A stretch of DNA of 59,874 bases from Elusimicrobiota bacterium (GTDB taxonomy: Bacteria > Elusimicrobiota > Elusimicrobia > Elusimicrobiales > UBA9959), in NCBI GenBank assembly GCA_030651035.1, contig JAUSCK010000076.1:1-59874 (forward strand), given 5' to 3'. Made by a program: the position numbers and the translations under genes. The notes below the pieces were generated by a model that had not been told where the DNA came from, searched no databases, and saw only the letters and a list, made by a program, of their open reading frames with translations. Below are positions 24,617 to 33,987 of this stretch, piece after piece (position 1 is the first letter of the stretch; the number at the start of each line of letters is the position of its first letter).

Positions 24617-26077
24617 ATGAAAATATTATTTTTAGAACCTCTCCATATATTCTGGGAGTTTTTCAGGGGCCTGACGCCCTCGCATTCCCTCATCTACCTC
24701 GCCGCGGTAGCGCGCCGGGAATTCGAGGTAAAAGTCTTCGACGCATGCATGGAAAAGGAAAACCCCTGGGACAAAACGGCCGAATACCTGGAAAAAGAGC
24801 GCCCCGAGATCGTCGCCATAACGGGCTCGATAACGGGATTCTGGCCCGATACGCTGAACTGCGCGAAGCTGGTCCGCGAAATACTGCCTAAAGCCCGGAT
24901 TATAACCGGCGGCTACACAGCTTCGGTATTCTGGGCGGACGCCCTGAGGGACGGGGCCGCTGACTACGTGGTCCTGGGCGAAGGTGAACTTACGCTGATG
25001 GAGCTTTTGAGGGCGCTGAAAGAGAATAAAACGGATTTTTCCGGCATACTCGGCCTGGCTTACCTTAAGGACGGCGCGCCGGTGAAAAACGCGCCGAGGC
25101 CGTTAATGCAGAACCTCGACGAACTGCCCCCGCCCGCTTACGACCTGTTTCCCATGGAGCATTACGGGCTGGCGCCGTTCGGCGGCAAAGCGGGTTTTAC
25201 CGTAACCTTTGCGAGGGGTTGTCAGCACACCTGCGTGTTCTGCTCCGAAACTGTTTTATGGCGGCACACCTGGCGCGGACATACCCCGCAATACATGGTG
25301 GACACTCTTGAAGTTTTAAATAAAAAATACGGCAAAAGGATATTTTACGTAGGTGACAACGATTTTCTGCACGACGAGGAGCGGACCAAAGCCTTCATCG
25401 CGCTGATGCGTGAAAGACGGCTCGACGTGAAAATGTGGATACAGACCACCTGCGCCAACCTCATTAAAAACGAAAAGCATCTCAAGAATCTCAGGGAAAT
25501 CGGCGTTTACCAGGTAATGTTGGGGATCGAGACCAACAACCCCGAGGGGCTCAAGCGCCTCAACAAGCCTCAGACGCTGGAAACCGTAAACAAGGCGGTC
25601 GCCATCGCGAACACCCACGATTTCATCGTGATGGGGATGCTCATGTGGGGCGCCCCTTGGGACACAAAAGCCGGCCTGCATGACACGTTCAAATTCCTCT
25701 CTGAAAATTGCGACATAATCGGGCCCGATTTCACGACCCCGTGGCCCGGAACGCCTTATTACGCGGAATGCGAAAAGGCGGGCGCGATCGAGGTCCGCGA
25801 CCTTTCCAAATACAATATGATGAACTGCATTACCCGCACCGCCGAGCTTTCGGCTGCGGAATCCGACGCCTATTACAAGAGCGTGGTCGGCAAAGCGCTG
25901 ATCTTCAACAAGAAATCCCTGTATAATTTCTTCTTCTCAAGCAAACTCCTTTACCGCACCTACTTCATGATGTTCGTAAAGATGGGCTGGAGTTTTGTAA
26001 CAGGGAAGCCCTGGCGCCAGAAAAATTACCAGAGTTTCGAGGATTTTATCAGCAAGAGGCGCGGGGTCGCGCGTTAA
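24617..26077 (+). CDS. B12-binding radical SAM protein 4
   Basis: HSLIYLAA, IITGGYTA, GEGE and ARGCQHTCVFC motifs; GGAG RBS. Confidence 0.92.
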   Translation: MKILFLEPLHIFWEFFRGLTPSHSLIYLAAVARREFEVKVFDACMEKENPWDKTAEYLEKERPEIVAITGSITGFWPDTLNCAKLVREILPKARIITGGYTASVFWADALRDGAADYVVLGEGELTLMELLRALKENKTDFSGILGLAYLKDGAPVKNAPRPLMQNLDELPPPAYDLFPMEHYGLAPFGGKAGFTVTFARGCQHTCVFCSETVLWRHTWRGHTPQYMVDTLEVLNKKYGKRIFYVGDNDFLHDEERTKAFIALMRERRLDVKMWIQTTCANLIKNEKHLKNLREIGVYQVMLGIETNNPEGLKRLNKPQTLETVNKAVAIANTHDFIVMGMLMWGAPWDTKAGLHDTFKFLSENCDIIGPDFTTPWPGTPYYAECEKAGAIEVRDLSKYNMMNCITRTAELSAAESDAYYKSVVGKALIFNKKSLYNFFFSSKLLYRTYFMMFVKMGWSFVTGKPWRQKNYQSFEDFISKRRGVAR

Positions 26078-26105
26078 ACCACGGCGCACCGCGGAGAAAG
26101 TGAAT

Positions 26106-26654
26106 ATGCTAAAAATTCCGGACCTGATGAACAAGATCTTCACCCGCAGAAGAATTCTCACGGCGATATCTCTGCTGCCGCTTGCTGTTTTCCTCAAGGT
26201 CGCGCGTCACTACGGCCTCACGGAGGACGCCTGGATGAGGGCCTTCCTGGCCGGCGCGGCCCTCTCCGCCGCCCTCATGGCGGTTTTCGCGGCCATCAGG
26301 GTTCCGCTCAGGGATATCCTGCTCGCCCTGGGGCTGCTGTTCATTTCAGGCGCGGCGGCCTTCCTGGCTGACCTCAGGCCGGTGCTGGCCGTGTATGAGC
26401 GGTTCCAGGGTTCGGTCTTCCTTGTCTGGTATCTACTGGTCAGGGCCGTTTTTTATTTCGCGCCCGAACTGCTCTCCGTTTTTGCTTTCGACCCGTATGA
26501 GAGGGCCCCCGGGCTGGCCGCGGCTCTCACGGCTGGCGTCTTCGTGTGGTCTCTTTTCCACAGGGACATCCTGGTTTCCACAGTCCTGCCGATGACTCTG
26601 ATGATGATCCTGCTTTCCCTGGCCGGGCGCGCCCCCTCTTCGGAAGGCGGATAG
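26106..26654 (+). CDS. Integral membrane protein of unknown function
   Basis: About five to six hydrophobic segments; operonic between rSAM 4 and the FAD oxidoreductase. ATG 26106 preferred over GTG 26100 on SD spacing. Confidence 0.7.
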   Translation: MLKIPDLMNKIFTRRRILTAISLLPLAVFLKVARHYGLTEDAWMRAFLAGAALSAALMAVFAAIRVPLRDILLALGLLFISGAAAFLADLRPVLAVYERFQGSVFLVWYLLVRAVFYFAPELLSVFAFDPYERAPGLAAALTAGVFVWSLFHRDILVSTVLPMTLMMILLSLAGRAPSSEGG

Positions 26655-26661
26655 GCCCGGC

Positions 26662-28218
26662 ATGAAAAAAGTCCCCGGACAATATGACGCGGTGATAATA
26701 GGCGCGGGGCCCGGAGGCCTTTCCGCCGGGCTTTCGCTCGTCCGCAGGGGCTGGAAAGTCCTGATAGCCGAAAAGAACGGGGTCCCCGGAGGGAACTGCA
26801 CTTCCCGCAAGGTGGGCGGCTACACTTTCGACCTGGCGGTGCACCAGCTTTCGGGTATAGGCGGGGGCGGCATCTGCGCCGGCATCCTGCGTGAATACGG
26901 CTTGTCCGATAAGATGGAATTCAGGCAGGTAGACCCTTTCCTGGTGGTGGATATGCCGGACCGTTCCTATACGCTGCGCGGCAGCCGGAATGAGTTCCGG
27001 GACGAACTGCTTAAAGATTTCCCCGGGGAAAAGAAAGATATAGACCTCATGCTGTCCGGGCTGGATTCCCTCAAGAAGGACGCGCTGCTGGCCCAGCGCC
27101 TGCTTCACGGCGGTGACCCGGCAGTGAATGGAATGATCGCCAAAACGGTGGACTGGCTGAAGATAGCGACCTTCCCGTTCACATTCCTATGGGGTTTGGT
27201 TTCAGGAATACCGTTCAGCGCCGATGCCATGCTGCGGCGCTGGGTAAGCAACGAGAAGCTGCGCGCGGTAGTGCACGCCTCCTGGGTGTACCTTGGCCTT
27301 CCTCCTAAGCGTATTTCCGGGGTGATGATGGATGTTTTCCTGGCCATGCAGCACATGGAACATACCTACTACCCGGTGGGGAGCTCTCAAAAATTGGCGG
27401 ACATAATGGCGGAAGCCTTCCGCGCGAACGGAGGGGAGTTGCTGCTTAACTCCCCGGTCAGGAAAATCCTAACGGAAAAGGGGCGCGCCTGCGGCGTGGA
27501 GCTGGCCGGCGGCCGGACGGCCAGCGCGGGGATAGTTATTTCCAACGCCGACGCGCTCCACACCTACCGGCAGCTGCTGGAGCCGGGAGCGGCCCCGGCG
27601 GGATTTATGCCGCGGCTTGAACGGATGAAACTCTCCATGGGTCCCTTCCGCGTCTGCCTCGGCCTGGACTACGACGTAGCCGCGCACGGGATGGACCACC
27701 ACGAGTACATGATCTTCCCTGGTTATGACCATGAGGCGGCGTACGGCGCAATGGAGCGTGGTGAACCCGTCGCCATGAGCGTCTATTCGCCCACAAAAAT
27801 ATGTCCGGAGCTGGCTCCGCCCGGCCACAGTACGCTTATACTGACCACGATGCTTCCATGGCGGCCGGAAAAGGACTGGCGCGGGCGCACCGAAGCGCTG
27901 GCGGCGGAAATGATAGCGCTGGCGGAGAAAAAAAGGTTGCCGGGCCTGGCGCGGCATATAGTGGTAAAACAGATACTGACGCCTGAGGGTCTGCGGGACC
28001 TGACCAACACCGCCGAGGGCTCCATGTACGGCTGGGCTAATACCCCCGAACAGACGCTCTCATTGCGCCTCTCCATGAAGTCGCCTGTGCCGGGCCTCTA
28101 TCATACGGGACACTGGACCAGACCAGGGACCGGTGTGACCACCGCCATTCTTTCAGGCTGGATGCTCGGCAACAGGCTTAACAGCCTGGTCGGAAAGATT
28201 TTTGATAAGCTGTTTTAA
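26662..28218 (+). CDS. FAD-dependent oxidoreductase, phytoene desaturase (COG1233) family
   Basis: IIGAGPGGL, EKNGVPGG, GYTFDLAVH, YPVGSSQKLA, VISNAD, TPEGL...GSMYG and PGLYHTGHWTRPGTGVT motifs. Confidence 0.88.
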   Translation: MKKVPGQYDAVIIGAGPGGLSAGLSLVRRGWKVLIAEKNGVPGGNCTSRKVGGYTFDLAVHQLSGIGGGGICAGILREYGLSDKMEFRQVDPFLVVDMPDRSYTLRGSRNEFRDELLKDFPGEKKDIDLMLSGLDSLKKDALLAQRLLHGGDPAVNGMIAKTVDWLKIATFPFTFLWGLVSGIPFSADAMLRRWVSNEKLRAVVHASWVYLGLPPKRISGVMMDVFLAMQHMEHTYYPVGSSQKLADIMAEAFRANGGELLLNSPVRKILTEKGRACGVELAGGRTASAGIVISNADALHTYRQLLEPGAAPAGFMPRLERMKLSMGPFRVCLGLDYDVAAHGMDHHEYMIFPGYDHEAAYGAMERGEPVAMSVYSPTKICPELAPPGHSTLILTTMLPWRPEKDWRGRTEALAAEMIALAEKKRLPGLARHIVVKQILTPEGLRDLTNTAEGSMYGWANTPEQTLSLRLSMKSPVPGLYHTGHWTRPGTGVTTAILSGWMLGNRLNSLVGKIFDKLF

Positions 28219-28224
28219 CCGCAC

Positions 28225-29643
28225 ATGGCAAAGATCCTCCTGACCAATCCGCCCTGGCAATCTTTCCACACCCTGCAGGTGCTGTTCCCCAATATCCCGC
28301 CGCTGGGACTGCAGATAGTGGCCGGTGTGCTGCGCGCAGCGGGGCACGAGGCTTTGGTGGCCGACGTGCAGCATCTGCGCCCTCTGCACCCTGAATTTAT
28401 AAAGGCGATAGAGGAATTCAAGCCGGACATAATAGGCTTCTCCAATTCGGAACTGCCCAATGCGCCGATGGTGGTGAAGGTGGCGCGTGAAGTGAAGCGC
28501 CGCTACCCCGGGGTGAAGCTGCTGGCCGGCGGACAGGCGCCGAGCTTCCGCCCCGAACTTTTCCTCGGGCCGGCCGGGCCTTTCGACGCGGTGGCGCTCT
28601 ATGAGGCCGAGAGCACGGTGGTACGCATAGTTGACGCGCTGGCCTCAGGCGCCCCGCTGGACAATCTGCCGGGCTGCGCCTGGTGCGCGCCGGACGGATG
28701 CCTCAGGCGTTCCGCCGAGGAGCGCGTGATCTGCGACCTGGATACCCAGCCGATGCCTTACTGGGAGGGCTCGCTGAAGAAATCCGCTTTCTCCGACGGG
28801 CTGTTCGCCGCCCTGGAAACTTCGCGGGGCTGCCCCTTCCGCTGCGCCTTCTGCTCCGTACCAGGCTATTACGGCGCGCCGCGCTACAAGTCGGCCGCGC
28901 GCATACTCGGGGAGCTGCGCAGGCTGAAGGCGCTGGGCGTGGCTGAATTCTCGATAAACGACGATTCTTTCGCCACCCGCCCGCAGGTAGTGCTGGAGAT
29001 CTTCGAGACCATGCTGCGCGAGCGCATGAATTTGCGCTTCGGCGTGCAGATAAGGGCCGACATCATCGTCGCCCACCCGGCCCTGATCGAGTTGGGCGCG
29101 CGTGCGGGTATGTTCATGGCCGTAGTCGGGTTCGAGGGCTACACTTCCGCCGTGCAGGAGGAGTCCAACAAAGGCAACTCCGCGGCGATAAACCGGGAGG
29201 CGTCACGGATACTGCGCCGCAACGGCGTAGCCGTATACGGCACGCACGTGTTCGGCGGGCCGCAGAGCGGGCTCAAGGACAGCCTGGCGACTTTTCTTTA
29301 CGGCCGCCTCAACTCAGATATATTCCGCATGACCATTTATACACCTGTACCGGGGTCCCGGCTCTACGATGACCTGGCTGATTCCTCACAACTGACTTCA
29401 GAGAACCCGGCTGATTTTTACGAGGGGAAATATCTCATAAAGGGCGCGCATAACCCCCTGGTGATACAGTTGAGCTATTACTTCCTGCTCGCGCTGCACT
29501 ACGCCCTGCCGGACACGCTTTTCAAGCTCTTCCACCCTGACGAAGTCATACGCTGCTTCATGCGGCGGGCCTACTGCGGGGCCGTATATTTCGTGCTGGG
29601 CCAGGCCAGCTCCCTTTTCAAAAGGGGGTCTAGATCCGCTTGA
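28225..29643 (+). CDS. B12-binding radical SAM protein 5
   Basis: PPLGLQIVAG, LAGGQAPS, YEAE and SRGCPFRCAFC motifs. Confidence 0.92.
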   Translation: MAKILLTNPPWQSFHTLQVLFPNIPPLGLQIVAGVLRAAGHEALVADVQHLRPLHPEFIKAIEEFKPDIIGFSNSELPNAPMVVKVAREVKRRYPGVKLLAGGQAPSFRPELFLGPAGPFDAVALYEAESTVVRIVDALASGAPLDNLPGCAWCAPDGCLRRSAEERVICDLDTQPMPYWEGSLKKSAFSDGLFAALETSRGCPFRCAFCSVPGYYGAPRYKSAARILGELRRLKALGVAEFSINDDSFATRPQVVLEIFETMLRERMNLRFGVQIRADIIVAHPALIELGARAGMFMAVVGFEGYTSAVQEESNKGNSAAINREASRILRRNGVAVYGTHVFGGPQSGLKDSLATFLYGRLNSDIFRMTIYTPVPGSRLYDDLADSSQLTSENPADFYEGKYLIKGAHNPLVIQLSYYFLLALHYALPDTLFKLFHPDEVIRCFMRRAYCGAVYFVLGQASSLFKRGSRSA

Positions 29644-31076
29644 AGCGCCCCTCCGTACTTCTCATTAAAAGCCGCAGCGTGGTGTCCAAGATAAAGGGCA
29701 CTACGCCGCCGCTCGGCATACTTTACATAGCCGCCTGCCTGCGCCAGCGCCTGGGCGCCGAAGTGCGCGTCGTGGACGCAATGTTCGAACCGGACGCCGC
29801 CGCGACCGTGCTTGCGGCGCTGCGCGAGCAGCAGCCCGACGTGGTCGGCATAAGCGCGCTGACCGCCGAATCTTTCCTGGCACACAAGCTGGCCTCCGCC
29901 GTTAAGGGAGCCAGCCCCGGCACACCGGTGGTGATGGGCGGGCCGCACCCGACCTCCGACCCGGATAGCGCGCTCTCGGACTCTAATGTGGACGCGGTCG
30001 TGATGGGAGAAGGCGAGGAAACTTTCACCGAACTTGTACGCGTGATAGCTGAAGAAGGCCCGCGCTGGCGCGAACCGGCAACGCTGCGGGCAGTGGACGG
30101 GATCGCCTTCAGCCATGAGGGCAAGACCGAGCTTACCAGACACCGCGCCCCTATAACGGACCTTGATTCCCTTCCGTTCCCGGCCTGGGACCTGATCGAC
30201 TATAAAAAGTTCTGGAAGGCCGGCGGCATGGCCACGGTAGGCGTAAGGCCCTACCTCCCCATTTTCACCTCCCGCGGCTGCCCGTACCACTGTGTGTTCT
30301 GCCACCAGATCTTCGGCAAAGCGTTCCGCGCCCGCTCGCCGGAGAACGTGGCTGACGAAGTGGCGCAGATACACAAGCTGGGCACCAGGAACATCGAGGT
30401 ACTGGATGATATTTCCAATTTCGACCCGGATCGTTTCGACCGCATGCTGGAACTATTGCTTGAGCGGGAGCTGCGGTCGGTGCTGAGCTTCCCTAACGCC
30501 ATACGCGCGGACCTTATCCGCGAATCCTCCATCGACCTGCTGAAGCGGGTGGGCGCCGGCGAAGTGTCGGTGGCCGTGGAAACAGCCTCGGAGCGCCTCC
30601 AGAAACTGCTAAAAAAGAACCTCTCCCTCGACAAGGTCAGCCGCACTATAGACATGCTGGCGAACAGGCGTATTTTTACCCGCGGTTTCTTCATGCTTGG
30701 CCTGCCTACGGAAACCGAGGAGGAGCTGCGCGCCACTATACGGTTCGCGCACGCCTCGCGCCTGCACCTCGCGCTCTTCTTTAACCCCAACCCGTTCCAC
30801 AATACCGAGATGTACGAGATGTTCAAGAAGGCCGGCAAGCTGCGCTCCGACGTCAGCACGATAGATTTTGAATATTTCGGGGCGCCTTTCAACGCCAGCG
30901 ACATGCCCGACAGCACCTACCGCATGCTTTACAGGTGGGCTTATTACGGATTTTACCTGAACCCCGCCCGGGCTTACCGCATAGCCCGGGACGGGCCTTT
31001 CGGCTGGGACATACCCGCGCGCGTCTACGGGCTGTTCCGCAACTACACGTCTTTCCGCCGCCTCAAGGAGAGTTGA
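29640..31076 (+). CDS. B12-binding radical SAM protein 6 (paralog of 18195-19637)
   Basis: PPLGILYIAA, MGGPHP and SRGCPYHCVFC motifs. 27 of the first 38 residues are identical to protein 1. Confidence 0.93.
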   Translation: MKRPSVLLIKSRSVVSKIKGTTPPLGILYIAACLRQRLGAEVRVVDAMFEPDAAATVLAALREQQPDVVGISALTAESFLAHKLASAVKGASPGTPVVMGGPHPTSDPDSALSDSNVDAVVMGEGEETFTELVRVIAEEGPRWREPATLRAVDGIAFSHEGKTELTRHRAPITDLDSLPFPAWDLIDYKKFWKAGGMATVGVRPYLPIFTSRGCPYHCVFCHQIFGKAFRARSPENVADEVAQIHKLGTRNIEVLDDISNFDPDRFDRMLELLLERELRSVLSFPNAIRADLIRESSIDLLKRVGAGEVSVAVETASERLQKLLKKNLSLDKVSRTIDMLANRRIFTRGFFMLGLPTETEEELRATIRFAHASRLHLALFFNPNPFHNTEMYEMFKKAGKLRSDVSTIDFEYFGAPFNASDMPDSTYRMLYRWAYYGFYLNPARAYRIARDGPFGWDIPARVYGLFRNYTSFRRLKES

Positions 31077-32509
31077 TGAAAAAGATCCTTATGCTCCAGC
31101 CGCTGCGCGTTTACAGGCGCTGGCCCATGCCGGACGATTTCACCGGGCTGCTGGGAAATTCCCCCACGCTGGCCTTCGCCCAGTTAAGGGGCACGCTCAG
31201 GAACTACGAGTCTGAATTCATGGACGGGCTGGCCGGGAACTTCACTCTCGGTGAACTGACCCGCCGGGCGCAATCGGCCGACGTCGTGATGCTGAACGCG
31301 CATTCCAGCATAGGCGCGCTCAACGTCGAGTTCAACCTGCGCCATATCCTGGACACGGCGCCCGGCAAGCCCGTGATCCTGGGCGGCCACCACGCTACCG
31401 CCTACGATTTCGAATGGCTCGGCCGCGGGGCTCATTTCGTGGTGCGCAACGAGGGCGAGGAAACCATAGACGAGCTCATGGCCGCCATAGAGAAGGGCGG
31501 GCCTTACGGCGGGATCGCCGGGCTTTCCTGGCGCGACGCCGAACGGAATTTCCACCGCAACCCGGCCAGGCCGCTGATCTCCGACCTCGACAGCCTGCCC
31601 ATGCCGGACTGGAAGATCTACGACCCCTCGCTCTATTACCTGCCCCTCGCCATCCCCGGCTATTCCACCACGGCCGAAACCTCGCGCGGCTGCATGCACC
31701 GCTGCCGCTTCTGCGCGGCCAGCGAGATGTGGGGGCACACCCAGCGCTTCAAGAGCCCCGAGCGCGTGCTCGAGGAGCTGCGCGCCGTGCGCAAGCTGGG
31801 CTTCACCAAGATCTGGTTCTCCGACGACAACTTCGGGGCCGAGCCCGAGCGCTACACGAAGATCTACGAGGGGATGATCCGCGAGAACCTGGGCCTGCGC
31901 TTCGCCAGCTTCCTGCGCTGCGACACCGTGACCCGCTCCCCCGAGACGATGAAGCTGGCCTACAGGGCCGGCATGCGCGGGGCGCTGCTGGGCATAGAGA
32001 GCCCGGTGAACCGCATCCTGAAGGATTTCGCCAAGGCCAACGACCATGAGACCACCGTGAAAGCGGTGGAGGTCCTGCGCGGAGCCGGGATCTTCATAGC
32101 GGGCTTCATGATAGTGGGCTACCTGGACGAAACCCAGGCGGAGACCGAGGCGACCTTCAGGGCGGCCGACGAGCTGACCGACTATCCCATCATCTCTATT
32201 TTCGAGCCCCGCATGGGCACGGCCGATTTTACGCGCGCCACCGCGAAACTGGACCTGCCGGGCGGGGACATGTTCTACCACAACACGGTGAAGTTCATCC
32301 CGAGTAAGGCTAGCACCATCAACGATTACAGGGATTTTTACCGCGGGTACATGACGAGCCCCAAGCAGCTGAGGAAGGCGCTGTTCGGAACCCCGGTCCA
32401 GCGGGACTGGTACCGCACTTTGTACCTGAATATGGCGAAATCGGTACTGTCCGTCACTCCCACCAAGGCGGCCCATCCGTGGGAGATGGTTCGCGCCATC
32501 TACCGCTGA
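31076..32509 (+). CDS. B12-binding radical SAM protein 7 (paralog of 19634-21166)
   Basis: Start ATG 31076 overlaps the previous stop (TGATG). N-terminus MKKILMLQPLRVYRRWP resembles protein 2 (MKVLMLTPQPLYRRWP). LGGHHAT and SRGCMHRCRFC motifs. Confidence 0.92.
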   Translation: MKKILMLQPLRVYRRWPMPDDFTGLLGNSPTLAFAQLRGTLRNYESEFMDGLAGNFTLGELTRRAQSADVVMLNAHSSIGALNVEFNLRHILDTAPGKPVILGGHHATAYDFEWLGRGAHFVVRNEGEETIDELMAAIEKGGPYGGIAGLSWRDAERNFHRNPARPLISDLDSLPMPDWKIYDPSLYYLPLAIPGYSTTAETSRGCMHRCRFCAASEMWGHTQRFKSPERVLEELRAVRKLGFTKIWFSDDNFGAEPERYTKIYEGMIRENLGLRFASFLRCDTVTRSPETMKLAYRAGMRGALLGIESPVNRILKDFAKANDHETTVKAVEVLRGAGIFIAGFMIVGYLDETQAETEATFRAADELTDYPIISIFEPRMGTADFTRATAKLDLPGGDMFYHNTVKFIPSKASTINDYRDFYRGYMTSPKQLRKALFGTPVQRDWYRTLYLNMAKSVLSVTPTKAAHPWEMVRAIYR

Positions 32510-32531
32510 CAGCGCCTCCCGCATAGGAGAA

Positions 32532-33899
32532 CTACTCGCGGGCGACGCTCTCCAGGAACTTAAGGTTGCGCACTATTTCGCTTTCAGGAAAGTGCTCCGT
32601 CGAGTACCCCATGTCGTACTTCCCTTCCTGCGCCAGGAAATCCTCCAGCGTCCTTCGCCGCAGGGTAATTCCGTACTTCCCGGGGTTCTCGAAAAGCGGG
32701 GAACCCGGCTCCAGCGAAAACACGTAGACCCCTGCCCTGTCCGCGTTGAACAGGCGCTTGATCCTGCGCATGAGGGCCGCCGTTGCCAGGAGGTCCCGGC
32801 GGGTTTCAAAAGGCAGACCCGAGGTGAACCCGGTCCAGATATTTATCCCCAGGCCCGCGGCGTGCCGCAGGATAGCGATGAGCTGCTCGTTCGTATAGAA
32901 CCGGCCCCTGTTGAGGCGGCGGACCTTTTCAGAGCCGCTGCCGGCAAAGATCGTGATCCTGGACCCCGGAGCCAGCGCCCTGCTGAACCACCGGAGCAGG
33001 TTTTTCGAAGGCAGGCCGCACAGCTCCACCTTCAGGACCGGCTTAAGTTTTATTTCCAGCAGCCGTCTGAAAAGCTCCACATAATACGCGTCGCCGGGCA
33101 GCGGGCTCAGCGGGAGCTGTATCTCCGTTATCCCCCGGGCGGCCAGCTTCGCGAAGTCGGCGGCGACGGAGGCGGGAGCTTTTACCGCCGCGCGTGGCCT
33201 GCCGTTGAAGTTTTTCTGGAAGTCCCTGCCGCCGCCGCAGGCCGAGCAGTTGTCGGCGCAGCCCCTGCCGTGCACGTAAGTGAACATCCCGTCCTCAAAG
33301 CAGACGCCGTGGTAGGGCGTGGCGTTCCTGTTCAGAACGTAGTTAAGGCCGGTGAGGTCCAGCCCGGCCAGCATCGCCGGGCCGGCGAAGTAACCAATCG
33401 GGTTGAGGACAGCCCCGTTTCCCACCCGCCAGGCCAGGTTCTTAACCGCGCTGAAATCTGCGCCCCCGCGCTTCAGCCGCCGCAACAGCTCCAGCAGCGG
33501 GACCTCGGCGTCGCCGCGTATCACGAAATCTATGCCCCTGAATTTTTCCAGGATAGCCGCGGCGAAATAGGAAGCCGTGAAACCGCCGACGGCGATCTTA
33601 ACGCCGGGGTTTTCTTTTTTTATTTTTTTGGCCAGCAGCAGCGCGGTCCCGGCCTGCTGATGCCAGTGGACCGGGATGCAGACCAGCTTAACGCGCCGCT
33701 CCCTTATAAGCTCCGCCAGCCTGAATTCCCCGCGGGCCGCGCCCGGCAGGTTGATGATGGCGGACCTGACCCCTTTCTTGCCGAGGTAGCCGGCCATTGC
33801 CAGCAGGCCGGCCGGCATTATCGGGAGGCCGGTCTTTTTCCCGGCGCGGGAGCCGGAATAAACGAACAGGCAGTCGAGGTTTAGAGCTGAAGTAGACAT
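32532..33899 (-). CDS. B12-binding radical SAM protein 8
   Basis: MPAGLLAMAG, VGGFTAS, RGDAE and GRGCADNCSAC motifs. Convergent with protein 7. Confidence 0.88.
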   Translation of the reverse strand: MSTSALNLDCLFVYSGSRAGKKTGLPIMPAGLLAMAGYLGKKGVRSAIINLPGAARGEFRLAELIRERRVKLVCIPVHWHQQAGTALLLAKKIKKENPGVKIAVGGFTASYFAAAILEKFRGIDFVIRGDAEVPLLELLRRLKRGGADFSAVKNLAWRVGNGAVLNPIGYFAGPAMLAGLDLTGLNYVLNRNATPYHGVCFEDGMFTYVHGRGCADNCSACGGGRDFQKNFNGRPRAAVKAPASVAADFAKLAARGITEIQLPLSPLPGDAYYVELFRRLLEIKLKPVLKVELCGLPSKNLLRWFSRALAPGSRITIFAGSGSEKVRRLNRGRFYTNEQLIAILRHAAGLGINIWTGFTSGLPFETRRDLLATAALMRRIKRLFNADRAGVYVFSLEPGSPLFENPGKYGITLRRRTLEDFLAQEGKYDMGYSTEHFPESEIVRNLKFLESVARE

Positions 33900-33974
33900 A
33901 AGACCGCTTAGAGCGGGCGGCTACCGCTATGATACAAAAAGCGGCGCGTATTACATATCGGGAAAGCAAAAATA

Positions 33975-33980
33975 TATAAT
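33975..33980 (+). promoter_or_regulatory. -10 box immediately upstream of aconitase (possible leaderless transcript)
   Basis: TATAAT at 33975-33980, 7 nt before ATG 33988; no SD-like sequence upstream. Confidence 0.4.
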
Positions 33981-33987
33981 ATATTAC

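Noticed and set aside
30935-31075. N-terminal extension of ORF 30935-32509
   Set aside because: Overlaps rSAM 6. Paralogy with protein 2 and the TGATG overlap place the start at 31076.
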